Source: Camelus dromedarius (lineage: Eukaryota). From it: a stretch of DNA of 64,000 bases. The notes under the pieces were generated by a model, which saw only the letters and a program-made list of their open reading frames with translations, ran no database searches and was not told the DNA's origin. Position 1 is the first letter of the stretch; each line of letters starts with the position of its first letter. Below are positions 47,885 to 60,360 of the stretch, piece by piece. Where the stretch lies: positions 38,256,001 through 38,320,000 of the forward strand of contig NC_087436.1 of NCBI RefSeq assembly GCF_036321535.1. Reading direction: 5' to 3'. Position numbers and translations under genes: made by a program.

Positions 47885-48110
47885 CACAGTCATAATAACT
47901 GATATTTATACCTTGTTTTATATTTCCCAAAGGACTTTTATATACATGACACTTTCTGACCTTCAAAATAATCCTGTGAGGTAGATATACAATTATTCTA
48001 TTTTTAGATGAAAAAATTGAGGTTTTGATCTCTGGCTGGCTGGTAAGTGACTGGATAATTCTAGAACATAGATTTCTCTACCCAAATTCTGTATCTTTTT
48101 CCTACATTAA
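47885..48110 (-). mobile_element. MIR SINE
   Basis: aataactgatatttata..aataatcctgtgaggtagat..tatttttagatgaaaaaattgagg. Confidence 0.7.
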
Positions 48111-48217
48111 CCTAAGATTTTTGGCTTAAGGCTATATGATGTCAATGATATAAAATAAAAATGAAGAATTACCAAGGTCTTGAAAAATTACTAGAAGACT
48201 GAGAAGTGTACTTACTT

Positions 48218-48350
48218 GTTAATTCAACATATTTTTATTGAGCATCAACATGTACCAGTCATTAGTTAAAGTGCTGGGAATACAAAGTGGAAAAGATTTA
48301 AAAAGGACCCTGTCCTCATGAATCTTACATTCTAATGGGAAAAGAGCAAC
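48218..48350 (-). mobile_element. L2 3' end
   Basis: attcaacatatttttattgagcatcaacatgtaccag..gtgctgggaatacaaagtgg..cctgtcctcatgaatcttacattctaatggg. Confidence 0.8.
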
Positions 48351-48694
48351 TAACGCATATGTCAAATGAAAGACTAAAAATGGAAAAATATACTTTTAGT
48401 ATAGTGTTCGTGTGTATGTGTGTGTGCACATGAGTGTATCTAAGATAAACAGCAGTGAAGAGGTGCCGGAAAAAAGACAGCATAAAATGGACAGTATAAA
48501 ATTAACTAACTTTAAAAAAAGAAAGAGCCTCGCCAGCATAACCTAGACCTACTGAGAATGGCAATCACTGAACATGGGACCAAGAAATGCACATTGTTAA
48601 AAAATTCCCTCAAATGACCCTTTGTCAATCAGTAAACAGGTAAAATTCTAAATATGAGGTCAAATAGCAACAAAGTTAAATAGTACTCAAGTTC

Positions 48695-48830
48695 AAGATC
48701 AAAGGATTAAGAATTATAGGACCTGAGTTCTTCAAGATAGATTTTTAGTACTCAGTATGTGTGTCACTTCAGGTAAGCAATGTAACTCTTTAAGACTCAG
48801 TCTCCTCATATATGAAATAAGAATGACAGA
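48695..48830 (+). mobile_element. MIR SINE fragment
   Basis: ggacctgagttc..tgtgtgtcacttcaggtaag..taactctttaagactcagtctcctcatatatgaaataagaat. Confidence 0.6.
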
Positions 48831-49395
48831 AGAAGGAGGAGGAGGATGGGGGAGAGGAGGGGTGGGTGTTGAGGGAAGATGGGAAGGAGGAAGAGAGGGA
48901 GGGAAGAGAAAGAATATGAAAAGAGTGATTGTGAGCAAAAAAGTAAAATGCCATAGAAGTATTGTTTGTGCTTCAATACAAGAAAAGGGCACAAGTCAAC
49001 TTAGATGAAAATATTTGAATCAATTGTTAAGTCAGCAAAACACGTCAGGTATGTAGATTGATCAAAGGTCTTCTGGTTAATGTTTGTGTGCAGTCAATCC
49101 ATGTAAGAATAAATCAAAATTACACAAAGTATTTTAATACTTGCTTTTGAATAATAAAGCAAAATGAAGCAACCAACAGTTAAACAGGTTTTATTCATCC
49201 TTTGTAAGTTCCAGGTTTTCCAGAAAGAATTTAAAATGTTCTTGATACTTGATATAAAATAATCATGTTTATGGCTCTCATTTTATAATGATAATTCCTA
49301 ATACTGAAACAAATTGCTGTCCTAAATAAAATTCATTATAATTTAAACTGAAAAACCTCATTTACTCTAGGTTAAAATTAATTTATACATTGCAT

Positions 49396-49786
49396 GTGGC
49401 AGATTGAACTAGTAGCCCCAATTTTTCATTCATTTGTAACAGGAACTGCCATATACTTGCTATCGCCTTATGGTGGGCAGACTATGTTTCCCTAAACCAT
49501 GTCTACTAGGCCAGATGCTTGAAATGTGATTGAGAGCTCAGGTTTGTCCTGTTAAGAGTCTACCACTGTCTAAAGAAAAACCTGTCTTGTGTGACCCACC
49601 GGCCTCACATGAATGAGGATACAGGGCACACATGAAAACAATCAAATCAAACCCAGCAAGCCTGCCATGGAATGAGCAGTCTCCAGTCACTTCGCAGACA
49701 TGGAAGGGAGAAACAGGAGCATACTGTTACACTGTCACTGATATTTTGTTTGTTATTCAGCATTCTGGCCATAGCTGATGGATACA
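49396..49786 (+). mobile_element. MaLR LTR (MLT1H-like)
   Basis: Starts tgtggcagattg and ends gtttgttattcagcatt..ccatagctgatggataca (TG..CA). Confidence 0.6.
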
Positions 49787-49850
49787 ACGTAGTTCTTTCC
49801 TGCAGTCTGATGCAGAGATACTCTAATTCCTTTTCAGTGTTTATATCCTT

Positions 49851-50063
49851 TAGATGTCTTGAACCACATAGACCTGAGGAGCACTGACCCTCTGAGCAAT
49901 CGAAAATCCATATGTAATTTATAGCCAGCATGTAACTTATAGTCAGGTATATAATATCTGTGGCTCCACATCCTCAGATTAAACCTTAGCATACGCTATA
50001 GAAAAAAATCCACATATAAATGGACTTGTGTAGTTCAAATCCGTGTTATTCAAGGTTCAACTG
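49851..50063. mobile_element. Tigger2a/MER8-type MITE
   Basis: cttgaaccac..tcgaaaatcca..aaaaatccacatataaatggac..agttcaaatccgtgttattcaaggttcaactg; degenerate terminal inverted repeats. Confidence 0.8.
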
Positions 50064-51413
50064 TTACTGTTTTCCTAATTTCCTAGTTGAAACTCCAGAA
50101 GAAAGGGAACCAGTTTCAAAATTATGTTTGTACTATATTTCAGTGTTTAATAAACAGTAAATTAATATCAACCAAAGCTCTTTATTCTGTAGTTCAGTGG
50201 TACCTGGCTTCTACTTAATGTTTAAATAAATGTAAAAGGAAACTGGCTGTTTTTTTCTCTGTTCCATTCCAATCCCAGTCTTCCATCTGCAAGCAAAAAG
50301 TATTATTTTTTTCTGCCCTCCGTTCTTCTTTTATGCCCGCAAAATAGGAAGGGAAGAAAGTACTCATCCCCAAATCACACACTACTTGCTGCACCTTCTA
50401 ATTTACACCAGGGCTGAGCATTGGGTTAAATAAACATGCTTAAGAGCCAAAGTAAAATCCATCATTTGGCATCAAATTAATGCTTGTCTGATATTTCACT
50501 AAAACTTCGGGTTCCATTGCTCCATGAAGTTAGGGCAGGATTCTAAAACTGTCATTTGTGGTGAGAATGGTATTCTGCATCAGGCCATCACTTTCATTTT
50601 TGATATTCAGCCCTTTTACTGTATAATCTGTTGCCTCAGAAACTTGGGAGGGAGTAAGTTGGAGTGGCGTAAGTGAGAGCAAGAGAGAGGAACATAATTT
50701 AGAAGAAGACACCATGGAAATGAGATATGGCTAAGGAAACACACAGATATCAAATGAATGTCTCACACCATCTTCTTCCTTCTGTCCTTAATAATAGCAA
50801 AGGACTAAATTAGATTGCATCAAGTTTACAGATTTTAATCTCAAATGTTTTAAGTCTTTCCTTTTGCTGATAAAACCTTCTAAATGTTGTTCATGTATTT
50901 ACAAGTTTGTAAATAACTAAAGTTGGTCATATAAATTTTAACAAATCTCACTATGAGAGCACTGGTTCTTAAAGCACTGGCTATGAGAAAAAAAACAACA
51001 ACAAAAAATGGAGCAAATCTCTTTCAGACAAACTGATAGATAAGACAGACAAAAAGATTATTTGTCAGAAAGTCAGTAAAGATAGGAAAGAAGTTTTAAT
51101 ATAAAAGGCATAAAAAAGAGCTGATCATTTTAAGATACATACTTATTTCTAAGACAGCCCACACTTCGAGGACTGTAGATTAAAAACACTTCATGTTGCC
51201 CTGTAAGAATGTTAGTGTACTATGATCTAATTGGTTAAATAATCTCACCATCATCCAGTGCTAGGAGGTACTGTATGTGCATCCTAAAAAAAAGGCACTT
51301 CCCAGAAAATATTCTGTATATACATCTGGAAGACTTCCAGAAGCCCTTTGGAAGACGGATAATCTATGTAAGAAGACCCAGTCTTGATCATGTTCCCATT
51401 TATCTTTACCTAG

Positions 51414-51454
51414 ATTCAGACTACTCCAGACGACTTTCTTTATGGAAATGGAAG
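51414..51454 (+). other. Candidate 41-nt internal exon
   Basis: ttcccatttatctttacctag| acceptor and AAG|GTAAGT consensus donor; open in all three frames; product not recognised. Confidence 0.35.
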
Positions 51455-51477
51455 GTAAGTGGGACCATTCTAGTGTT

Positions 51478-51720
51478 AAACTATTCAACTAATGTTTACT
51501 GATCATCCGGTAAGTGTAGGTGCTATGCTTGGTTCTGGGTACAGAACAGGGTAGAGTAGTGAGCAAGACAAACGTGGTCTGTGCTCTCCTGAGCATCACA
51601 GTCTAGTTGGGGGAACGTTAAGCGATATCACATAGGTTATTATAAACACCGAAAAGATCCCGGAAAGAAACAGAGTGATGGAAATATTGATGGAGGGTTG
51701 GGGACGGGGAGAGGCTCTCT
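51478..51720 (-). mobile_element. L2 3' end
   Basis: ctattcaactaatgtttactga..tgcttggttctggg..tagtgagcaagacaaacgtggtctgtgctctcctgagcatcacagtctagttgggg. Confidence 0.75.
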
Positions 51721-52676
51721 TGGGGATTCACCATCATCCAATGCTAAATTGCCAATCTGAATTCGAATGATATTATGAACAGAGAGATTTTTCATGTATT
51801 TGAAATAAATATTATGATCTTTTTATTGTTTCCTTCATAATTTGTTGGTTTATTTACCTGTATAATAGATGAAAGATAATACTACTAAGAATTTGTGCTT
51901 TGGGGTAACTAGACTAGGGTGTAACTTACACCTTTTCAGAAACTGTTAATGTTTATATCTTGCAAAAGCCTTTAGATGCTGTCCAGGCTGAAACTGATTT
52001 CAATCGTTTTGGAAGCAGGATATTCATGTTTTTGGTTACTGGCCAAAAGTATGTTATTTATTTGAAATAGTATGGGCACAAAAATATGCTAACTTTATCT
52101 CAGGACATTAGTAACTTAAGTACCAACTTTCTAAAATGTAGTCAGTTGTTTCTAAAACAACAGAATTATTTTTCCTGACTCTAGTAATGGAGTGGACTGA
52201 GTTTATTTTCTCATGTCTTTTGAAGCCCTCACGAGGGAGGACGATGTTCTGAAATGTTACCTGTGATTGTTTATTCCTGGTCATTCTTGCTGCCCTGATG
52301 TTCCCACCCATCACATGAGGCATCCTCAGCTTCAAGAGGGCAGAAGTCAACCAAAAGCAAAGGGGATGAAGTTCAGACTTTGACTTCTGAAGTTAACACT
52401 TAATGCTCTCTTCAGAGATGACAAATTGTAGGAATCCAAATTTTTTAGAAAAGGAAAAGAATCTTTTAAACTATAGTAATAATAAAGGTGCTTTAAATAG
52501 CAACAAGCAGAGACTGCCAACCAAAGAACACAGGGTTTTTCACCATAAGGCACAGAGTTAAGAAAGAAGCATATATGACCTCAAGGTACTTCTCATGCAA
52601 CAGAAAGAAGAATGCCCTCAGAGCTAGACAGAAAATGTCTACAGGAAGTAACAAGAATGCATAGCCTTCTCCTTGT

Positions 52677-52678
<2 letters not shown>

Positions 52679-52724
<46 letters not shown>
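52679..52724 (+). repeat. Perfect (AC)23 microsatellite
   Basis: Read directly. Confidence 0.98.
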
Positions 52725-52726
<2 letters not shown>

Positions 52727-53657
52727 CCTCTCTGGGCTGAAATCCCAGGATACAAGGAGACTTCTCAGAAGACCCAGCACAAAGTAAGGTCAGGTGGAGA
52801 ATGCAGCAGAGTCTTAGAAGATCAAACAAAACCAGCTGTGGCCCCAAGGGGATCGCACCAGCTGGGTGATATGGCTACGTTCTCCAAGGGTAATCCCTGT
52901 GAACTGTATCAACCTAGGGGAAGGAGCACGAGTTAACTAGATGTGAACTCTTCAACAGGGACACCGTGAAAACAGCCTGATTCCCAGAGAGCAGACTAGA
53001 CTAGACTCCTGGGAGACAGTCAGGGAAAAATATCTTTTTCCAGCCAGAAAATACGTAAGTCCAGCCCACACTGAGATCAGATCTTGAGAGAAGGGCAGGT
53101 GAAGGGGGAAAGAGAGAATGCTAAATTTGACCAAATGTTTACCCATAAGAGACTAACTTCATAAGCCAGATGGGACTGAGATGTCTTGAAATGGTGAGAT
53201 TAGGTCCTCCTACCACCATCTGTGGAAGATTGAGCTCTCTTATTAAAAACAATTGGAATGTCTGTGTATATGATTAGAAGTGTAAACACACCTACCACGC
53301 TATTTCATCTTGCTGTAGCTCAATTCAAGGGTGAGTATCATAAGGAAGAACGTCAAGATCCACTCATTATTGGTAATATTCTCCAAAATACATGTTCCAC
53401 CAAGACAGGAGTTTTCGTCTGTATTAAATTCTGGATACATCTCTATTATCTGGAATAGTGCCCCATGTATAATGGATATTTGATGATTTTTTAATACATA
53501 AATAAAATATAAAATTGGTTGTTCATTAGTTATCAGATTAAAAGTCCCTAAGAAATTTAAAGACCTCTAATTTCCAAGCTTTGTATGCTGGTACTCTTGG
53601 TTTATTCCTGAGTTTAATATGAATAACCAGTTTGATCAAAAAGAGTAAATTAGGAAG

Positions 53658-54029
53658 TGCTCTGGATTGAATTGTGTCCCCCCTCAACAATCATATTTTG
53701 AATCCTTAACTCCTCATGTGACTGTATTGGAGACAGGGCCTTTAAGGAAGTGATTAAGGTTAAATAGGGTCATAAGGGTGGATCCCTGATCCAACAGAGC
53801 TAGTGTCCTTATAAGAAGAGGAAGAGGCAGCTTCCTCTCTCTATCATGTGAGGACACAGCAAAAAGGCAGCCATCTGCAAGCCAGGAAGAGGACCCTCAC
53901 CAGAACCCAACCACACTGGTAACCTGATCTCAGACATCTAGCCTCCAGAACTGTGAGAAAATAACTTTCTGCTGTTTAAACCACCCAGTCTATGGCATCT
54001 TGTAATGGCAGCCTCAGCCATCTAATACA
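53658..54029 (+). mobile_element. MaLR solo LTR (MLT1A-like), full length
   Basis: tgctctggattgaattgtgtcccc..gtccttataagaagagg..catgtgaggacacagc..ccatctgcaagccaggaagagg..tagcctccagaactgtgagaaaata..ctaataca; flanks ggaag/ggaaa (4/5 TSD). Confidence 0.93.
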
Positions 54030-54899
54030 GGAAATGATTGGTTTTCAACACTAAAAATCATCATTATGACCTATCCAAAATAAGACGTTAAACAGCAACT
54101 TTCCCTGACACATTTAAAATATGATCCCTTTTCATGCAAATTGCCAAGATCATGTCTACAACTATCCATAACCTGCACCAAGAGAACCTCACTTGAGGCT
54201 TGACTGTGTATTCAGCCCCCGAACTAAAAAATTTTAAAGGCTCACCGTAAAAAGTTGGTAGCTGACATCCTTGAAATTAACATTTGGAACTCAAACAGAC
54301 ATTTAATGGTCAAACACATGTAATATTATAAGTAAACAAGTCTAATTTTCAAAGGTATAAAATTTCTAATTAAAAAGCCCTGACCTTGACTCTTCTTTGC
54401 CTTATGATTAAAGTTTCATTTTCATTATCTTGCCAATTTTCTACCTTCTCCTCCTACTCCCACTGAGAGTTTCTTAAGCCTTTTCTTTTTATGTATTACG
54501 AATAAATTCAATGCAGTTGTCTGGGATTCATTCCAAGTAAAGAACAATGAAACTTTAGCTTTTGATTCTTATATTCATAAGTTGTTTTTGGAAAGGGACC
54601 ATTTGAGAAACACTAGGAGTAATTGCCTGCTACGCAGAGTTGTGAAGGATCAGTACCCACAATTGCAATTCACTTGAAAGCAAAGCACCAGGAGCTCACA
54701 AAATGCTTTCAGTCTAGTGCCAAACCTAAAATTCATTCGCTGGAAAGAACTGTTCCGTCCACTGGAAAAGACACATACCAAACTAAGAAGCCTTCTCTGT
54801 GTTTGTTTTGGGAATGGCTTAGTCATTGGGCCCTAAGTTAAATATCCCTTTGGGGGAGCAGGGTAATGTTGGTATTAATTTGCACAACTGAAATGATTT

Positions 54900-55212
54900 T
54901 CAATACAGGTTATGCTGCAATAACAAATGATCTCAAAATCCCACTAGTTTACAAAAAGGGTTTATCTCTTTCTAGTGGAATTTATGCACTATAGACTGCA
55001 TTTTCACTCCTTGTCTTCGTACCAGAAACCAGGGTGATGAAGTAGGCTACATCTAAATTTTTCTGATTATCATGGCACAGGGAAAAGAAGAAATGGGGAA
55101 CTGCACATTGGTTCTTAAAGTTTATGTTCAGAAGTGACAATTACTTCTGTTCGTTTTCATGGGCCAAAGTCAGTCAGATGACCAAGTCTGATGTTAGTGT
55201 GTCCGGGAAATA
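54900..55212 (-). mobile_element. Old MaLR LTR (MLT1I/J/K-like)
   Basis: aggttatgctgcaataacaaat..ggttcttaaag..cagaagtgaca..acttctg..gggccaaag..agtcagatgaccaagtctga. Confidence 0.65.
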
Positions 55213-55432
55213 TAATAATAATAATATTTAAGATCTACTATTTTTTTATTAACTGCCAGGATTGATGAGAGGCATTTTACACGTGCTACTTCATTTAAAT
55301 TTAAGGGCACACAATTATGCCCATTTTAAAGATGAGGCTTAGTGAAGTTAACCTGTTCCCTGTTGCACAGATAGCAGGTGGTGAGGTAGAGCTAACTCAA
55401 AAGCTTTTCTAAGTTGCCATTATGCACTACAC
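55213..55432 (-). mobile_element. MIR SINE
   Basis: aataataataa..tttcatttaaat..attatgcccattttaaagatgagg..gtgaagttaacctg..cacagatag. Confidence 0.65.
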
Positions 55433-55982
55433 TAGCGGTAACAATTTGCTGGTTTTGCACTTGAACTTGTACTCAAAATTACTTTATTATTTTTTCTTTT
55501 TTCTATTTAAATTGGGTGATCATAAGGTACAACAATAGAGGTACCATGAACAAAACACCAATCTAGTGCTCACAAGAGAGCAGCACGCCTGAGGATCAGG
55601 GTGAAGGGAAAGCAGCAGCTGCCTCAGGCGAGCTCAGCCCAGGGGTGCTGTCCAACAAAGACCTGCTCACAGAAGCCACGGAGGGTCCAGGGCAGTGAGG
55701 ACAGTGACAAGTTCAGCTTCTAACAGTGGGGAATTGCTCCTACCTTGTGAGCTGTGATCCTTTACAACTGAGCAGAATTAGTTTTATTATTGCTGACATT
55801 TTAAAATTGTTCCTTTGACTTTGGAGAAGAGTAAATAGACACAAGAGAGGAGAGATGGCAAATCTTGATAGTTTTCTGAATTAGTAAGTTAATTTGATTC
55901 AGTCTATCAGAAACCTTTTGTCAGCCACAAACAACCACAACAATCTAAATCTTCTCTGTTGGTTTGAAGAGTCCCCACTTGG

Positions 55983-56040
55983 CATAGGACTGGTGCTGCC
56001 ACCTGTGCCCTCACAGTGACAGCAGTGGCAGCATCCTATG
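55983..56040. ncRNA. Candidate pre-miRNA-sized stem-loop (unassigned)
   Basis: catagga/tcctatg (7 bp), tgctgccac/gtggcagca (9 bp) and ctgtg/cacag (5 bp) nested complementary arms. Confidence 0.2.
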
Positions 56041-56969
56041 TACACATGCAGAGCTAATGCCCAGAGCTCCACTCATCAAGCCAACGATCCAGTCAGAAAG
56101 CTGGACAGTGGTACTGAAATGCTCCTCACGAATAAGTCCAAATGGAATCGCTTGGGTTTTATGTTTTGTTGGGTTTGAGTTTGCTTGGAATAGGTTAAGG
56201 TGCCCTTTCTGTTCTCCTTTTGGCTTTACTTTGTAGGACTTGTTCTGACTGTTGAAAATAAGTCCAGGAGATTCTCTCACCAGTAACTTTACCCCACATC
56301 ACCTCGTACCTTAATGTTTATATTTTAGTAAACAAAGCAGGTGCACTCTGGAACCTCTGGGACCTTGAGGTATTTGAAGCAGAATAAAAAGAGTGGTCTT
56401 AACCTCCTTCCTTTACCTTCCTTGTGGTTGGAATGTTCCACTTGTATCATAGGTTTTTATTACTGATATTTTCTGCTATTTTTAAGTATGAAGTTGTGCA
56501 CAAAGGTAGAGACCCAATGTTCCCATAATAGATAAAGATTACATACATAAACATTATAATAAATAAATAAAATTATCTTTATAGTCACCAAGCTTGCCCA
56601 TTTCTGACGTGTCAGTGCTCCTTAGCTGCTAAAATTTGTAATGCTTCCTGAGTTTACACAAGTAATATTTTTTCATTCAATCTCTTGTATGCCAACCAAC
56701 TATCTTTGCCATGTCCCTTGTTACTTCTTAGTTCACTGTTGACCACTGGCCACCCATTACAAATTCCTTGTTGCCAGTGAGCAGGAAGACACCCAGTACT
56801 CTGGACCTGGAGAATGTCCTACGAATCTCACCTTCCATGATTCAGTATAAAGTAGATTGAAAATAATATTTCTTTCCCCGTCCCAAAGGTTGCTTTCATG
56901 CACATTCATGGCTTTAAATAACTAAGTGCAAGCAAGTACACACAGTTTTTAGTCACGCAGAAGATCAAG

Positions 56970-57485
56970 TATGTTAGGGTTCTTCAGAGAAACAGAATCA
57001 ATAGGAGAATCTATCCATATCTTTACATCTGTATCTATCTATGTAAATTTACATATGGAGCTTTATTATGAGGAATTGGTTTATGAAATTATGAAAGCCG
57101 AAAAGTCCCATGACCTGCTGTCTTCAAGCTACAGATACAGGAAACCCAGTGGTGTCATTCCAGTCCAAGTCCAAAAGCCTGAGAACCAGGGGAGCTGATG
57201 GTGTAAATCTCAGTCCAAAGGCAGGAGCCTCAAGACTTAAATCCCATCAAGCAGGCAGGCAGGGAAAAAAAGGGGTGAAATTTCTCCTTTCTCCACCTTT
57301 TGTTCTAGTCAGGCCCTCAACGGATTGAACGATGCCCACTCACATTGGAGGGGGTGCAATCTACTAAGTCCACTTATTCTAATGCTAATCTTATCCAAAA
57401 CCAGTCTAACAGACATACTGGAAATAATGTGCAATCTGGGTACCCGCTGGTGCAGTCAAGTTGACAAATACAATTCACCATCACG
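56970..57485 (-). mobile_element. MLT2 (ERVL) solo LTR, full length, with perfect 5-bp TSD
   Basis: ttagggttcttcagagaaacagaatcaatagg..aagtcccatgacctgc..agtccaaaagcctgagaaccaggggagctgatggtgtaa..cagtcaagttgaca..ccatcac; TCAAG at 56965-56969 and 57486-57490. Confidence 0.93.
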
Positions 57486-60164
57486 TCAAGTAACTTAAGA
57501 TAATCCTTCAAATGTAGGAGTGTCTAGTCTACTTACTCTAATTACTGAGCTTTTTTATTCTAACACACATCTAACACTCATTTTCCAAAGCCAATCTTAT
57601 CTGTAGAGGCAGGTGGTTTTTTATATATTTGTATAGAAAGTGAATTGTTGAGTACTTGACATTATATCATACTTATTACTACGAACAAACATCTTACTTA
57701 TATAAAAAGCAAAATGTAGTGGAAGAAATGTATAACAGTGAGAATGCTCAGAGCCAATATTCATTTTTCATTTTCTTGTGTATTACATCCATTCAAATAT
57801 ATAAAACAACCTGTCTTAACATTAAACCTGTATTTGTATGGCTGAATATCATTGACTGAAATAAAGATACAAAATGTTTTTGACTGAGTCCTTTTTATAA
57901 AGATTCAAAAACATTACAGTGTTTTTAGGGGAAATACAGTAAGCTAAAATATTTTTAGATGTAACTATGCTTGCAAATTTTATATGCTTCTTTCAGTTCT
58001 ATGTAGTGGTAGTTGTACAAGACTAAAGTAACATGTGGAGTAAAAAATTTAAAACTTTCAGATTTCAAATATTTTGTTCTAGTTTTGGCTATGACTCAGA
58101 AACCATGATCACTATTGTTTTTAAAAAAAGAAATAAACAGAATGTTTTAAAAGGAGAGAGAAAAGATTGATTATAGATGCTAGTGGCGGGTATAATTTAT
58201 TGTGCATATAACTAAATGCTATGGAAAGATTTACCTTCTATGTAAAATTCTTCAGTAAATTTTACAGACTTCAGGTCCCTAAATAGGTCAAAGAATTTCT
58301 CCTCTTTCCTTCCAAATACAAGAACAATTCCACATTGTAATTTTTTTCTTTGAGTGAAATTTGGGATTCAGAATTATCTCAGGATTGATGATAAATTTAT
58401 TTAAGAAATTATCTGACAGTTCTGACCAATTTTTACTAGTTCTAGTTTGGTCCTTATTGAAACTGGATTGCCCTTTACCCCTAAAATAAGTGAACTTTAA
58501 GAGAAATCCAAAAATTTTAATTTTTGAAAAGTGTTTGAGTCACTACTTCATGCAAATAACAGACATAGACATGAACATGTTAAGGAGGAGGAAGAATATT
58601 CTTGACATACTTAAGCTGCAATCTCTTATGAAATGAAATAAGCATTTCTTATGTAGATGAGCTCAAGAAGTACAACAGTAACTAATAAATTACAATTTCC
58701 CACAGTGGACGAAAAGTGGAGGATCACTTTAGAAACAACTAAATCAGAAAAGTCTAAATGGCCTGTAGCAACCTGAGAAAGCAGACCTATGTATACAGTG
58801 CACATTCACTAACATCAAAACAGATGAGTTTTTCATAACCTTTTGTGACATCAACAGTTTTGCACTGGGACTCTGACTTTCATCTCCAGCTTCCCCACTA
58901 CACAAACATGCACACACAATCACATCCTCACACTCTTGCACTCATCAAATCCAAACAGCTTCTCTACACCCAGGGTATCTTTAAATAAACCAGACCAAAG
59001 AAGACAAATTAGAAATCATCTGAACTCACCAAAGCAATTTCTTGTTCACCTTCTACCTAAATACAGGATAACTGTTCCCTGTATGTTGCCCTGATATCTT
59101 AGGAACAGCTTTCTGATACGCCACGAGTTAGAACGAATCGGAAACAGACTCCTTCTATAGGCTCATACTTTATGACTATAAAATTCAACCCTATTTTGTA
59201 AAAATACCAAAGAAACTAATGCATTTTGCAAATGAGTTGCAAACTTGCCAAAATGAATTAATTAACTAAATAAGAAAATTGTCTGGAATTACTGAAGCTG
59301 GATTCTTAAAACTTGTGGCATCTAGGTTCATGTACCACCCAAGGTTAAATAATGCATACTACCTGATAACAGCTTGCTTTCTAGAGCTCTTTAATTGTCA
59401 AAATCATTTCACTGAAGTGAGTTGCACACTTTCTAATCAAATCAGATAAAAAATATAATGCTTTTGGAAGGTGAACAAAATAGAATCAGAGAACAAGATG
59501 TCCTCTTCCAGTACAATATGATATATACTTGTGAGCCTGGCTCCCCATTTTCAAGTGGAATATTGTTATTAATAGTTCACATTCAACTCCCCAAAAGTTT
59601 TACTTTCCCTTTTGTTTCTTGCAGTACCTGGACACATCCTGAAAAGAAGGTCTATGGGAAACACTGGGCCTACTACAGATTCCTTGCATTTGTTGCACAG
59701 TTTTGTGATTGGGCAAAGATATACTCTTAGGAAGGTGGCAGAGATGTTGGTAATGCCTGGCTGATGTTGAGAGGCATGATATTGCGAGGTGGGAATTCAA
59801 GGGAGGGGTAGAATTAATTACTGAGGATGTGTAGAACAGAACCAGCCTCAAAGGCTAACTTCAGGTTTCAGCATGAAGAGTTACTGCCTTGGAATCACTA
59901 AAGTCTCTTTAATTACTTAGCTTCTGCAAAACACAGTAAATAGAGAGGGAGTCAGTGAGTGGAGAGCTGTTCCCAGTTCACGAAAATCCTATACTGTGCT
60001 TTAATATTTCGTTCTCAATGCAACTTTGTCTTAACAACAAATAAGTAACTGTTAACATGCAATACACAATGTTTGATATTGGGGAGGACTTAAAAGTGAA
60101 TAAGCCACAATCCCTCCCTCAAGAAATTTTTGATGTGGGAATCCAAGAAGGATGAAAAAGAAAT

Positions 60165-60360
60165 ATCTCTACAGCATTCTCCAATTTACAAAGCACAAAA
60201 TTCAAGTGCATCCTCTTATTTAAGCCTCACAACAACCTTCTGAAACACCTTATGTACTATTCATCCCATTTTACTGATGATTCCAAGAGATTCAAAGAGG
60301 TTAAGAGAACTTCCCAGCATTTCAAAAATAGTTAAAGGAAGAACCAGCAGAACTAGGGTG
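60165..60360 (-). mobile_element. MIR SINE
   Basis: tttacaaagcac..tcttatttaagcctcacaacaacc..atcccattttactgatga..agaggttaagagaactt. Confidence 0.7.

Noticed and set aside
50896..50915. Palindrome tatttacaa-gt-ttgtaaata
   Set aside because: A 9-bp AT-rich arm is plausible by chance in 64 kb.
52493..52936. Overlapping ORFs with VCVC/HTHT runs (similar ones at 20476-20811 and 28250-28489)
   Set aside because: They are translations of (CA)n/(TG)n microsatellites.
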